From contig CM120646.1 in the NCBI GenBank assembly GCA_051362555.1, forward strand, positions 8,928,001 through 8,992,000: DNA of 64,000 bases. Reading direction: 5' to 3'. The DNA comes from Lingula anatina. Taxonomy: Eukaryota > Animalia > Brachiopoda. A program made the position numbers and the translations under genes. This document shows positions 12,860 through 25,430 of the stretch, piece after piece. Under the pieces are notes generated by a model that worked only from the letters and a program-made list of their open reading frames with translations, was not told the origin of the DNA and did no database searches. The first letter of the stretch is position 1. Each line of letters starts with the position of its first letter.

Positions 12860-13490
12860 TCTCAAATTGAGAAGGTATAAAACTTTTAAACTTCATTTTG
12901 AGAAAGAAAAATACCTTGATATAATACAAGATAAAGAAAAACGTCAAACCCTAACCAAATTCAGAATCAGCAGCCACAATTTGCACATAGAAACAGGTCG
13001 CCACGTCAAGGGTAAACCAACACCAGTCGAAGACAGAAAATGCCAAATCTGCCACTCTGGAGTTATAGAGGATGAAGAGCACTTCTTAATTACCTGCCCT
13101 CTGTATACAGAACACAGAAAAGAACTCTTTAAAATAATACAAAGCAGACACACATGATTTGCACATTTAAACAACAAAGATAAATTCCACTTTATAATGG
13201 ACAATCCAAACGAAACAGTGATAATTTCCTTGGCCAAATTCCTTAACCTTGCTTTTAACAAAAGAAACTGTGCTACATCTTCCACTTCATGATGTCTATC
13301 AATAATTACTATAAATACGAAGATTTAGTTCACATAGTAGAAAACATTGGTACATTTCTATATATGTAATTTTGGTGCTATTTATCTGTGTATTTTACTA
13401 TTACTATTATCATTATTATTGCTGCTATTACCTTATCTATGTACATTTTCACCAGCTCAGTCTGGTGCAGAAAGTATGAATAAAGTATAT
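12860..13490 (+). mobile_element. 3' end of a 5'-truncated non-LTR retrotransposon (RTE-X/L2-type C-terminal CxxC..H..C domain plus 3' UTR)
   Basis: ORF 12867-13157: KFRISSHNLHIETGRH...RKCQICHSGVIEDEEHFLITCPLY; an AT-rich tail ends at aataaa ~13479. Confidence 0.85.
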
Positions 13491-14005
13491 TTAGGCCTAT
13501 ATATATATAATCTTATGTACGGAGCAGTTAATTTTTTTGAGCGACTTAAGTTTGCGTGTCACTGAATATTATAAAAGGGGGGAGGGGGGCAGCGGGGAAA
13601 TCATGTTGTTTCAACGTTGACAAGGCGTTGGATTAACATTGGATTTGTCAATTGGATCAACGTCAAATAACAACTTTGTATCAAAGTCAGATATCAACAA
13701 TGTATCAACCCCAGTTGTTGGACAATATTCTTGCATGATTTATTTAAAAACAGAGGTGCACAATTATAATGTACATTGTAAAAACACCGTTTAGCTCCTA
13801 AACGCATTTCTAAGCGACTGTTTTGTCTTTTTTTCAACGCGTTTGGCTCCTAAACACGTTTTGCTCTAAAGAATATTACACGCTTTTAGCCTGAATGTGT
13901 TTGACGGCTCAATTTATGTAGGGTGTATATGTATGGCCTTTAAGTGAGAGTTTCAACGGTTTATATATATAGATAGATAGATAAATATATATAGGTGACC
14001 GTGAC

Positions 14006-14050
<45 letters not shown>

Positions 14051-14136
14051 CAAGCGTGAATGTGGAACAGAGTGCTCAACAGTACGTACACAGTACATAC
14101 ACAGCGTGACGACACTTACGTCGCACGCCGTGTTAG

Positions 14137-16319
14137 TTACGTCACTTTATGCCGACACATGGTAATTATCTCGGTTCTTTTATTCAGAGTATCTGGTGTT
14201 ATCATTATCAACAGTTTTTCGTCTAAGCAAAGATTGCATAGGTGCTGATTTCTCCTTTGCGGCGTTGATTTCTTTATGATGTCCCATCTAATGTCATACT
14301 GGGTTTTATTTTCTGTTAATTTCCAAATGTATTTGGATAACTCAGTATCTGCAGCATATTTCTTGTCTCTAAATGACTTGGTGTGATTATTGTATCTCAA
14401 CTTAAATTGGCCACCACAAAGCCCTATATATTTCATGTATTTGTCCTTAGTAGTGACTGATGCTTGGTACACAATGTTGCTAGACAAGCATTCCCCTCTC
14501 AAAGGACACTTACAGGAGCTCTACAATTACATTTCTTATCTTGAGTCTTAACTAACATGTTTTTGAGAATTTTTTTATTGTGACTGTGAATGATTTGCTG
14601 TATGTTTTTCATACAACAGTAACTTACTTTTACAGTCGATCTGTTGAATAATCGGTAAAGCTTGCTTCCGCGAGGGAAATGCTTGTCTAGCAACTGTAGG
14701 AATAAATGCCCGATTTTCGTTCTTACATTTTTCGAGTATGGTGGGTTGAACCAAATAAGTTTCCTGTTTCGTTTTTTCTTTTCTCTGGAACGAGAGCTGC
14801 TTGCTTTAGAGTTATTACCCAACGACATTACGGTATAGCCCGCGGTTTGAAGCGCCGTCGTATATACGTTATCTGATCCTTCTGCTACCACTCCGTCAGA
14901 CGAAAGGGATTGCAATCTTTCGCCGATGGCTTTAGGAATGTTCCTTATTATTGCGGGGGGGGGGGGGTGATTTGAGCGTTTGTGAACATAGATCGGCTGG
15001 GCGTTCGGTTTTACGAACGGCCTGTGTTTCCCGGATTCTAAGTCTAGGTTAACACCAAGGAAGTTAACTGCTCTATCGTTGGTGGATACAGTGATGTTAA
15101 GGTCATAACTTTTGAAGAGCTTGACTAGATCCTTTCTAATGCTGTCAGCTTCGCTTCAACCACAAGATTTCATCACGGCTAAGCCGTCGTCCCTGTATAG
15201 TCCTACCGATGTGACGCACGCTGCTCTTCCGGGCTTCTTCGTCGGTACACATATTTCTTCCTGTATCCTATCAAGCAGGAATAATCCGACTAATTCGCAA
15301 ATTTCAGCGCCATCATAGGCTCCCATAGACACGTCAAACTGTGAATCCCTATCTTTCCTCTCCCAAATTTTACCACTGAGATCCTTTAATAATGTACGCC
15401 TGGAATGCGGTATAATCTGGGTATCGGTCAACGTTACTCGTGTGAATTTTTTTGCCCACTCCAAGCTGTTCATAAGTAGATCTTCCAATATAGAGGGATA
15501 AAAATCCACGACGTCGAACGAAATGAACTTAAGTGTTTTTTTGTTATGAAGGTTGTTAAACCATTCTAATACTTCATTTGTGCTTCTCCATTGTATCAAA
15601 CCTGTCTTTGATCTAACGTCCCTATTTATCCTGTCAAGGATAACCTTGCTTACTTTCCCCATTTCTGGTTTTGTCGGATTTATAAGTCTGCATTTAATAT
15701 CATTGGGGAAATTTTCTTTATGATCCTACAGTGTTATGAAAGCGTTTTTAACCTGCGTTCTATCTATTCTATCGCTAATATGTAAACGATTAGACAATTC
15801 CATGGACTCTCTGCTAATTTCATCTGTAATATGTTTTTTGGTAATTCTATATTTTTGCGTGATGTTTTCATTAAGCAGTTTCTCATAATCTTTGGGTTTC
15901 ATTCTTTATATATTTCTTGACTTGTCTGCTTGTACCAAAACTTCATCAGAGGAGGTAATTTTATTGACATCTGCTTTGAGTTTTTTCATGAAATTATCGT
16001 TCACTTCTTTGAATTGAACATTCTCAATCATATTCATTAAGTCATTTTCGAAACCTATCATATCAGCTATTTGCGGTGGTGATCTCTTACTTTTAAGTCC
16101 GTAATGTTGTCTTGATGGTTCATCATTTTCGCCCATGCGCTGCTGTCTGTCATCGTCGTCACTGCTCTCTTCATCCTTACGAAGAAAATAAAAGGCCTTC
16201 CAGCGCATTCGTCGTATTAGGTGTTCCGTCATTTCCATGAGTCTTTTAAGATATTCCTTTTTAGATGGTAAAGGTATGTTTTTTGTCGAATATCCTAGGT
16301 TGAAATACCTCATTTTCAT
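14137..16319 (-). pseudogene. Naiad-type RT + GIY-YIG endonuclease pseudogene
   Basis: GYSTKNIPLPS..RRMRWKAFYF, AFITL*DHKENF..CRLINP, FDVVDFYPSI, MGAYDGAEICELVG, LYRDDGL, IWFNPPYS, CNCR/CPLRGECL, IVYQA..YIG, CNLCLDEK..LNKR.E..CRH; three in-frame stops (TAA, TAG, TGA) and a frameshift near 14510. Confidence 0.9.
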
Positions 16320-16448
16320 TGTAGAATCAACATGTCTTCAGATAAAAGTCCACTTTTAGAGCGCTCAACAATTTCAGGAGCGTAATATAACAAGCGTGAA
16401 TGTGGAACAGAGTGCTCAACAGTACGGAGCATTTGTACACAATTAAAA

Positions 16449-16479
<31 letters not shown>

Positions 16480-16491
16480 ACAAAAGACATG

Positions 16492-16560
16492 CAATAATCC
16501 CGACTCCGAGTTTCACGGGCATACCCAGAAGGTATGCCCGATCGTCAGGAGGTTTATTTG
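16492..16560 (-). ncRNA. Type I minimal hammerhead ribozyme in the Naiad pLTR
   Basis: Minus strand: aauaaaccuc CUGACGA u cgggcauacc uucug gguaugcccg u GAAA cucggag UC gggauuauu; 10-bp stem II, short stem III, GUC cleavage triplet. Confidence 0.85.
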
Positions 16561-16837
16561 AAAATGGTTATATTAGCCGTTTTACATACACAGCGTGACG
16601 ACACTTACGTCGCACGCCGTGTTAGTTACGTCACTTTATGCCGACACATGGTAATTATCTCAGTAATTTGGAAGACTGTCAGAAAATATCTCTGGATCCG
16701 CCCCTGCAACATAACCAATATATATAAATTAAGTCACGGTCACCTGTTATGTCTATCTATAACTGGATACCGTGAACTGCAGCATCATTAACTTTACTCA
16801 AGCACATTTTAGTTGGACTTAATCAACCTTGTGTTAA

Positions 16838-18680
16838 GGCTGGGTCACACTGCGCTTGCAACCTTTTAGCAACCTTTTTGCAACCACAAAATTTGGCTGT
16901 CGCTTGCGATCACTTTGCAAGCTCATTAAGAAGCTAAGGCCAATTTTGATCGGCATGCAGTCGTAAACCGGTCGCAACAAGGTTGCAGTATGGTATCTGC
17001 AACCTCTTATAGGCCATCTTTACTTTAAAGCCTCTCTTACAACCCGTCGTGCGTGCTTAGAGATCGTGCGTCCTCGGAGTTCTCGTCAGACATAGCGTTG
17101 TCGCAGGATGAAAATTAAATCGCAGCGGACGAAGTAGTAAGTACTTTATGAGTAGGTGTGTCGTGCTCTAAACGTGGGGCCCGCAAGTGGTCTGTACGCC
17201 TTTTTTTGGAAGTAGGAAGAAGTAAGGAGCACGTACGATCTGTACTCGTGTCGCACACAGTGAGTGAGATAATCATACGTGTATTGCAAGTGAAGCGTAC
17301 GTTTTCAGAAACCGTACTTACGAAGTAAGAGAAACGTAAGAGAAACGAAATAAGCACGGAAGTGGAACGCACGGATAATCAAAATAATATAAAAGGGAGC
17401 ACCGAGTCTCTTCATCATTCACTGTTTTGGCTTCCAAAAAGGCACTTCCAAGAAGGATGCGCCATCGACTTCTACAGCTGCTAATGCTAGAGGAGGCCGA
17501 AGATCGTGACGCAATGCTGGCAGTGGTTGCTCGGGATCGCCTGCACTTTTATCGTGCTGGGCACGTGCGTCGTCTTAGTGTGACGCACTTCACAGGTATG
17601 GTAGTAGTACTCGCCACGCACTTTGGAAGTAAGATAAACGCACGGAGGAAGTGCGCTGACCCCCCTTATTGTTAACACGTACATTGAAAGTCAGTTAAAC
17701 TTACGAGTCTCTTGCGTGGTAAGTACGTCTTCGTGGTAAAATACCCCGTAATTTCTGCATGCTTTTCCTGCGTTACACGCACGCCTAGCGCACTTACTAA
17801 GTACTTTTGTCTTGCGTGCTACGAGCGTGCTCCAGGCGTTCTAATTGTCGCAGACAGGTCGTAGCGAAAAACTGGCCGGCCAGTTTTCGGGCTGCGTGCT
17901 TTGCGTCGTGTTTGCGTCCACCAAAAATAGTACGCTCCACGTGCGTGTATCTTACTACTTGGCCAATTTTTTGCACGCAAACCGCTCGTAGAAGCACGCA
18001 CGACCGGTTGTAAGAGTAGCTTAAGTTATATGTTACCAGTCGCTCACCGTTTGCCGAGCGAGAAACAACCTGTCTGCAACCACTCTGTGATTGAAAACCG
18101 GTTGCAGGACTGTAGCAATCGCTTGTCAACTGGTAGCAGCAAGGTCGCACAGAATAAGTATGTTGCCAACTTTTGACAGTACATGTAGCTGCTTTCTCAT
18201 AGATTCCCCTCTCAAAAGACAAAAAAGATCTAGTAAAACGGCTCAAAGAGACGGGACTGCTATAATCATTGGCTTTGTTTACCTAAGAAGTAAAAGGAAT
18301 AAAAAAACTCGGAAATACTGGGTGAGACCGTGGATTGCAAGACGCCCTTTGTAACGCTATTACAGACATTTGATGAAAGAACTTGGACTTGAAAACCAGG
18401 AAGTTTTCATTTCCTTCCTAAAAAATAGAGCCAGCAATATTTGTGAACTTTTGACAAGACTACACCCTCTCCAAACGAAACCAGTACTGTAATAAAAACA
18501 TAAATTTGCATTCGTTTTAATCCTTATTAATGTTATAATACTCTTTAATACTTTCTTGTTCAAATACTTGGTCTCTTTGAGGTCGCAAGGCGTGTGCGGT
18601 TACGGTCACAATGAACAAAAAACCTCTTTGCGACTTGCAACTGTCACCGGTTGCAAAAAGGTCGGCGACTGGTTACAACA
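16838..18680 (+). mobile_element. PIF/Harbinger transposon remnant
   Basis: taa-ggctgggtcacact terminus; gcaacc/gtcgca subrepeats; 18250-18480 translates to RKYWVRPWIARRPL*RYYRHLMKELGLENQEVFISFL..ICELLTRL, the typical Harbinger transposase N-terminus. Confidence 0.7.
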
Positions 18681-19847
18681 AGGAGTTATCTGTTATAACT
18701 CCTTGATTTAACATAACCCTTAATACGAGAAAGAAAGAAGATAAGAAACGGAGAGAGAATGAAGATGCAAAATTGTTGAGTTGAAAGGTTCACCGACCGA
18801 GAAGAAGTAAGCAACCAGAGTCTTGGATTTCTAATCACCTTATTCCTACTGCTTAAGTTCGGGGCGCCACCGCGTCCCTTACAGCGTTACCATGACAGCA
18901 GCTACAGTACATAAGAACTTTTCAGAATTCTCTGTTCTCAACAATTTCTTTGAAAAAAAAAAAAGATTTTGTAAAAAGAGGGAGAACGATTATATTTCCT
19001 AGGGGATAATGTTTGCAAATAACAGGAACAAACTGTTACAGATATATTCTTGAAAGACTGACCCTTGTGACATGAAAAAACAAAGAAGTCATGTACAGAT
19101 GTTGGTGTAAACAATTAAGAATACTTTTCGAGAATTAATTTTGCCAGTACTGAATACCATGTACAAAGGAATGTGGAAACATTCCCCTCTCCCCCCCCCC
19201 TCCACCCCCGTTCAGTGTAGAAAGACACAATAGGGAGGAAGGGAGGGTGGTGGAGCTAGGTGTCATCTTCAAGACAACATTAATTGAAGAAATTACGGAA
19301 TGAATGCGTAGTGAAACTTCTTTAAATTTTAAAAAAAGATTTTCCGAAAAAGAGGAAGAAAGATTATATTTCCTCAGGAGAAATGCTTTCAAATAACAGG
19401 AACAAACTAGACCGTTACAGCTTTTTGAAAGGCTCTTGTGACAGGAAAAATAATAGTCATGTAAATGAAAGTAATAAAAAACAATTTTCAATAATAAATT
19501 TTAGCAGTAATCACCAAGTTTGAAATTTTTTTAAACTTTATAAAGTATATTTTTATTTACTGTCATTCCTTATATATATACCGATAATTTGAACGTATGC
19601 ACCAGTGATAAGGCAACTTTGTAGGAGAGAAATTGCTGAACGGTCGAGCAATGTGAAATACGCACGCAACTTTCCAGGAACAGCAAACAACATGGTACGG
19701 AAAAAATAACAAATAAGATAAAATAATGGGTAAAAACTGAGCTTTAGAAATGTGAATTTTCATAATTTGACCTAAAGGGATGGGTTAAGACGACGAAAAC
19801 CTCAGATGGAGGATTTTTGTCTCTGCGTCTGCTTGTTCCTGTCGCAA

Positions 19848-20108
19848 CTGACGTTTGTTTATATAACCTGTCAATCAAGCTGTTATTACTTGATGGGATC
19901 TGTCAAAACTGAATGATTTGATTGGCTCGTTGTCAATCAAATGGGGAAGGAAGCTGTCACTTTACATGTTCAACAACTGTAGTTATCAACTGTGTAATGA
20001 TTGTGATTGACGTTTGTTTATAAAACTGTCAATCAAAGTCGTGTGCTTTTGACAGCTTCCGTCAAAATTAAATTAAACCGTATGAGTTTGATTGGTACCT
20101 GTCTATCA
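19848..20108. promoter_or_regulatory. Duplicated module of TALE (PBX-PREP/MEIS) decamer-like sites and CCAAT boxes
   Basis: TGATTGACAG on the minus strand at 19868-19877 and 20026-20035; minus-strand TGATTGACA-N5-CCAAT (19921-19939) and TGATAGACAG-N3-CCAAT (20091-20108). Confidence 0.4.
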
Positions 20109-21313
20109 CAACACTTTTGTTAGTAGAAAGCCAACATTTTCCATGCAGCTCTATTAAGTCTCAATTCCTACCAGTCCTGATAGGTACGTCTCGACAGATA
20201 CGTCTTGACAGATAACGGGACCCGATACTTTCCCATACCTTTCAACCCATGTACCGATAAATGCACGTGCCGATAGAATAATTAGACTAAAGTCTGCTTT
20301 TGAAAATGCTATCTAATGGTGGCACCTTATTTATTTTTAATCAATTAAAATTATTTCTTGTAATTAAACATCAATTACCATTACCTGAGGGCCATGGGGA
20401 AGACAAAAATTTAATTTACTATGTTTTATCCTCAATAACTATTTTTTATAAATAAATAAATAAAAACTTCGCTTTGTTATTTATTATAAAAAGCATTATC
20501 TTTACCCCCGCGACCTTGAATTTTGATACGGATTACCGTACAAACATTGACAGCGTTGCTAGCTCTCAAATGTTACTTCATTCTTCAGTAAGACTTGTGC
20601 TGTGTGAAAAATAAACATACGGAGACATTTGCGCCCAAATATATAGGGGTCTACTAAGCTCCATAAAAACATGTAATTTGATCATATAAATTTTGAAAGT
20701 TCCCTTTCAGAAAATGCATCCTTACTCTGAAATACTGGTACAGACTGAGAACATGCGTTTTTCAGGCGTTTTGGACTGGTAGTTTAATTTGGTGCATGGG
20801 GGGGGGGGGGGAGGGGTAATATCCTCAACTTTGCAAAAGTGATCTTCTGAGAGTAAGTAGTTGTAGCTGAAGTTTCGTTCGCAAAGGTAATTGAAACATT
20901 TGACAGTATTGATTGTACGCTAGTTTTCTCAGCCCCATACAAGACTCCCATTGGGTATTTTCTTTACCTGTGAAAGCCACTATTTACTTCCCAAGATTCG
21001 TGAAACGCTCATTTTATTTAGCGTGAAGCGCCGCATTCGTGAAAGAAAGTCGTTATACCCGGTGATTCGTGATACGTGATTTTTGACGTGATTTTCAGTG
21101 AAATTTGAATAAAGTTTTATTTACTGTGATTTGTGAACTGATAATTTTATATCCCGTGAATTGTGATCACCCCCCCCCCCTCCCTCAATGGTACCCTCTC
21201 TGGGCTGTATTCTCCCCAGGGAGGTGAGAACATTTACACCTAGTTTGAAGCAGTATTAGTTTTTGTTTTAATGTACTTTATAAAACATATCTGTTAAGTC
21301 AATCCTAGCTGTA

Positions 21314-21482
21314 CAGGCCCGTAGCCAGCAAATTCAAAAGGGTGGTTCTTTTTCTAAAAAAAGTGGACCTTTTTTAATGAAACCTTGGTGTACCTAGACA
21401 AAATTTTACACAGAATGGACCTTTTCCTGACAAAAAGGGCGGTTCTTTCGAACCCCCCGAACCCCCCCTGGCTACGGGCCTG
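21314..21482 (+). mobile_element. MITE with CAGGCCCGTAGCCAG TIRs and perfect 5-bp TSD CTGTA (hAT5-like)
   Basis: ctgta-caggcccgtagccag...ctggctacgggcctg-ctgta. Confidence 0.88.
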
Positions 21483-24400
21483 CTGTAACAGCTCCAGTTA
21501 ACTAAGCTTTACTCACTCTAGGTCCTACTGAACGCTGTCACTAATTTTAACGTTCTATACAAATCGGGTAAACAAAAACGCATCTTGTCTTCTCTAACAC
21601 AATCGGTACAGGTGACTTTTTTTTTTTTGGGGGGGGGGGGGGGGTGAAACATAGCCAAATAATTTGATATCAAACTTAATGGTTGATAAGATGTATTTTT
21701 GCCATTATGATGGTAGAAAGCCTAAATCACCATCCCGGGATTAGGGCCCCTTGCGCCATATCAAATAACAAAAACAAGTTTAAATCGAAACTTGCGTTCA
21801 AAAAGCGGGTGCCCTTGTACATTATTATGTAATACAGGTGAGCATTTCGGTGAGAGGTGTTCAAGTAGGACCAAGGTCAGTAGAAGATGGAGAAGACAGA
21901 GGTTCTTGGTACGTTGCTGCAATTTCCACATGTAGGCCAAAAATTTAGCACAGAAAATGACAGGAAGATGCCGTAGTATTGTATAGGTGATATAAGATAA
22001 CGCTGTGTATTTTGTGTAGACGACGTTTGCCCAAATGATGCGTTTCGCACATTTTAGTCCTTATGACTGTGGGAACATTGCACTTATGTCCAATACACTC
22101 TCCATTAGAATTTCAAAATCAGCTCAAAGTTTGAATGGTTTATTTTCTGTAATTTCAGAGAGGGAACGCACTTGCCATTGAGGAAGTGAGAGGCTTATTG
22201 CAGCTGTCCAAAGGTCTGAACAAGTCCTCAACAAGTAAGACTGGGCAGGTATCTACATTCTCCTAATTGTTTTATTGGCGAGGTCATTGACCTGTTTTCA
22301 AAGTATCTGTTTACAAGTATGTTGTATATGAAAGTAAACTTCAAACAGACAAATGCACGTTCATTAATAAGATGTTGAACTATTGTGTCATTGCATTCCT
22401 GGAAACGACGGGACCAGGTTTGGGAGGTGAGGGGTGGGTGGTGGTACAGTGTCCTTCCCTTAATTTAAGATGTATCCCTTCTCTCTTCCAAATTAACAAA
22501 TCAAAACAAGAACAAGAACAAATGAAAAGCGAAAAAAATGTACATGAAACGAAACTAGACGAAATCCAGCTAATGTATCTTCGTATCCTCACCCCCTCCC
22601 CCTGAAAACCCTGGCTTGGTCAGTGAAAACGTGCCTAATGTCTTTTTTTTAGATCCTGTCAAATTTATACTAATTGGGCCCAAATTTTTTCATTCACTGA
22701 CTTTCATTTCCGTGAATATTTCTGTTATCCGGGAGACTGGTCCTTTCATATCGCATCTTACGTATTAATGCAAAGAAGTATGTTGTCATTAAACAGTGTG
22801 CACAGGGTAGAAAAGAATAAGAATGGCACAATAGTGTTTTGTTAACATAATCCCTTGTGTTCCAAAATAGCATGCTGTAAAGGTATGCACACACTGCTTC
22901 ATCAAACCGTGTCGTGAATGTAATTTTCTTCGTTTATTTCAGTGGCTCCCAACTGCTGTTTACCGGGTGATTGGATGCGTCGCTGATCAAAGACATCAGA
23001 TTCATGTTGGACATCCCCTGCGCCCATGCCAAGATTGTCTCGCTTGTTGAAGTTTGTCTTGTAGTTTATTTACAGGGTTGACATTTGTTATATGAAATGT
23101 AATCTTTGCCTTGGATAATTGTTGTACGCAGCAAGAATTTTTAACGAAACTTCTGATCAGAGAAAAAGAAAGAAATGAATGGCGTCGACCCTGCATGTCG
23201 CTGGTTATATATTATAGACTTGTTTCTAAATCGTGGTACAGTACTCTATCCGCTCACATCGTTTCAAGGCATTTTATTTATTATGTATATTTATTATTGT
23301 GTCGGAAGGAAGTACCCATCAATTCTAAAACAAAAATACGGCACTTTTTGGAGTTCGCCTTTAACAAAATAATTTTAATGCAAAAAGTATTTTGCTGAAA
23401 TGATGGATGAAAACAAAAATGATAGTTATCAAATATTATTATTATTATTTTTATTATTATTATTATTATTATGCGATTTTTAGGTAGAGTACTGCGCCAG
23501 CACTTTTGAGAGACAAACAGTTTCATACAGTGACCGTTAAGTTTGAGAAAAGAACAAGTTGTTAATTTGAAATAACTTACAATCACTGTTCTTCAAGTTA
23601 TAATGCATTGGAAATCACAGTTTTAGGAAAATGATAAAATTTGTCCACGTGGTATAAAAAACGATCCTTTTTTTATTGTGGATATACGTTTGTGACGCAT
23701 GTTAAGAATGAACTTACTTTGGTTTCGGTGTTTTGATATTTTGTCTGATCAGTGACAGATACACATGTACTGTGCTGGGAGGGGTCTAAAACAATGTTAA
23801 GAAAATGAAACCAGGAGAGAAATAGGGATTTTCACGAAATTACTGCGCATTCGTTATCGCAGTAGGGGGAATACATGTTACCAACGTGATAAAAATTGTC
23901 CCTTCTTGGGGCCACCAAAATTTATCAGCATTGCATGAGCTCATTTGTGTGTTGTTTGACTTTTTGGCAATATCGCAAAGCAGAAATGTAAGTGCTCCCC
24001 TGGAAAAACTTCTTTGTACATATGCATAAAAATATCTACGTAGAACTGACATTTATTATAACCTTTCCATTTTTAATTTCCAAAATTTATCATGCATTAC
24101 AAATTGATTACTTCAGCCATCACAAAACATTGTTTGGGGGGGGGGGGGGGGAGGGGAGGGGGGGGGAGAGCAGAAGGGGTGAAGAGTTGTCCCAAATAAT
24201 TCACTGAAGTTACGTTCACCCATGTACCTTGTTCGAAGTGCATTATTAATTAATATTTCTTTGGTTGTGATTGAGGGGTGATTGAGAGAAAAAGGTCTGA
24301 TTAGATGCCAGTCCTGCGCGTCCTGTTGGGGTATTTTTGCTAAGTGTTTCTTGATCACTGAGCACCGGAGACCAGAGTAAGGTTGTTAGCATTTATGAAT

Positions 24401-25357
24401 TGATGAATTTTAAGTCACCGTTTTTCTTTCTGTGTAATCTTTTCAGTTTTGTTTGTATATTTGTCATGGCTAGAATAAGCTTGGAAATTGACCATGTCTT
24501 TATGCCGTTCCTGATTCGCATATGTGCAAATTTAAGTTTTCGCTCAAAGTCGTGCCATTAACCTACCAATATTAAGAATGTAATGAAATGAAAACAAAAT
24601 AACGTAAAACACTCGATTCTTAAAAATGACTATCTTTGTCTACCTTTTTCTGTGCGAGAATCAGCACGACGGCATAGAACAAGGTGTGCGTGAGTGCGAG
24701 TGCACGTGAGGGGAAAACGCCTAAGTGAGATTATATGCATTTTGGAATTTCGATATCATTCACACCACTGAAATTGGACACTGCTCCTCAATGGAATTAT
24801 TTATGTCAACTTTGAACATTTGACATGAAAAGTACGATATGATTGGCCTTTCAATTTATCTACCACTCCTGGTCAATTTTTTATATGAATTTTGTTTTGG
24901 TTAGAATTATGTCGAAATTCTCTTTTATATAAATAAAAAGAATTCGTTGTTTGAGCAGCAATTTCCAAAGTGCATGAAATCCTTCATATGTGTTGGTTAG
25001 TCTACTATCTGGTAGGCTTCTTGTATTTTTTGTAAAAGCATAATTTATAGATTTTTTTAGAAATTTGACGCTATTGTAATGGTTGCTATCAACGTAGAAA
25101 AAACGTAACTTCACGTATTTTGTTTTGTATTAAACTTCGTTGAAATTACTTGGAATTTGTTGAAACAATAAATAATGAAAATGATGTACAGATATTTGTG
25201 TGTTGAATTCCCTTTCATTTTTCACCTTCTGTTCCCTTTAGCTCTATTCTAACTCTAGTTCTCCAGTGCACAGGTCTGTGGTCTTACCTAAAGAGCCTCT
25301 TGTATTAGATATCTTGCTTATTTGAATTTTTTTGCAAAAGGTAATTTGCTGGGACCC

Positions 25358-25430
25358 CGGAGCGCCAGGTTTCGAACTTGGAACTTTCCGACTCGGAGGC
25401 AAGCGCGTTACCTACTCCTCTAAGTGTTCC
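25358..25430 (-). pseudogene. tRNA-derived sequence (tRNA pseudogene or SINE head; CCG anticodon-like loop)
   Basis: Minus strand ggaacacttagaggagtaggtaacgcgcttgcctccgagtcggaaagttccaagttcgaaacctggcgctccg; A-box- and B-box-like motifs at tRNA spacing; stems mismatched. Confidence 0.55.

Larger units (their letters stand above)
14045..16661 (-). mobile_element. Penelope-like retroelement of Naiad type with direct pLTRs, decayed
   Basis: Direct repeats 14045-14171 and 16385-16661; abuts a (TA)n tract; RT and C-terminal GIY-YIG coding remnants. Confidence 0.9.
13993..16745. repeat. 18-bp perfect inverted repeat pair bracketing the Naiad element (probable host MITE)
   Basis: aggtgaccgtgacttaat (13993-14010) and attaagtcacggtcacct (16728-16745). 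Confidence 0.7.

Noticed and set aside
14137-16319. Selenocysteine recoding in the Naiad ORF (reported for some Naiads)
   Set aside because: Interruptions include TAA, TAG and a frameshift; the single in-frame TGA is not at a conserved Cys; the 3' hairpin lacks SECIS AUGA/AA/GA features
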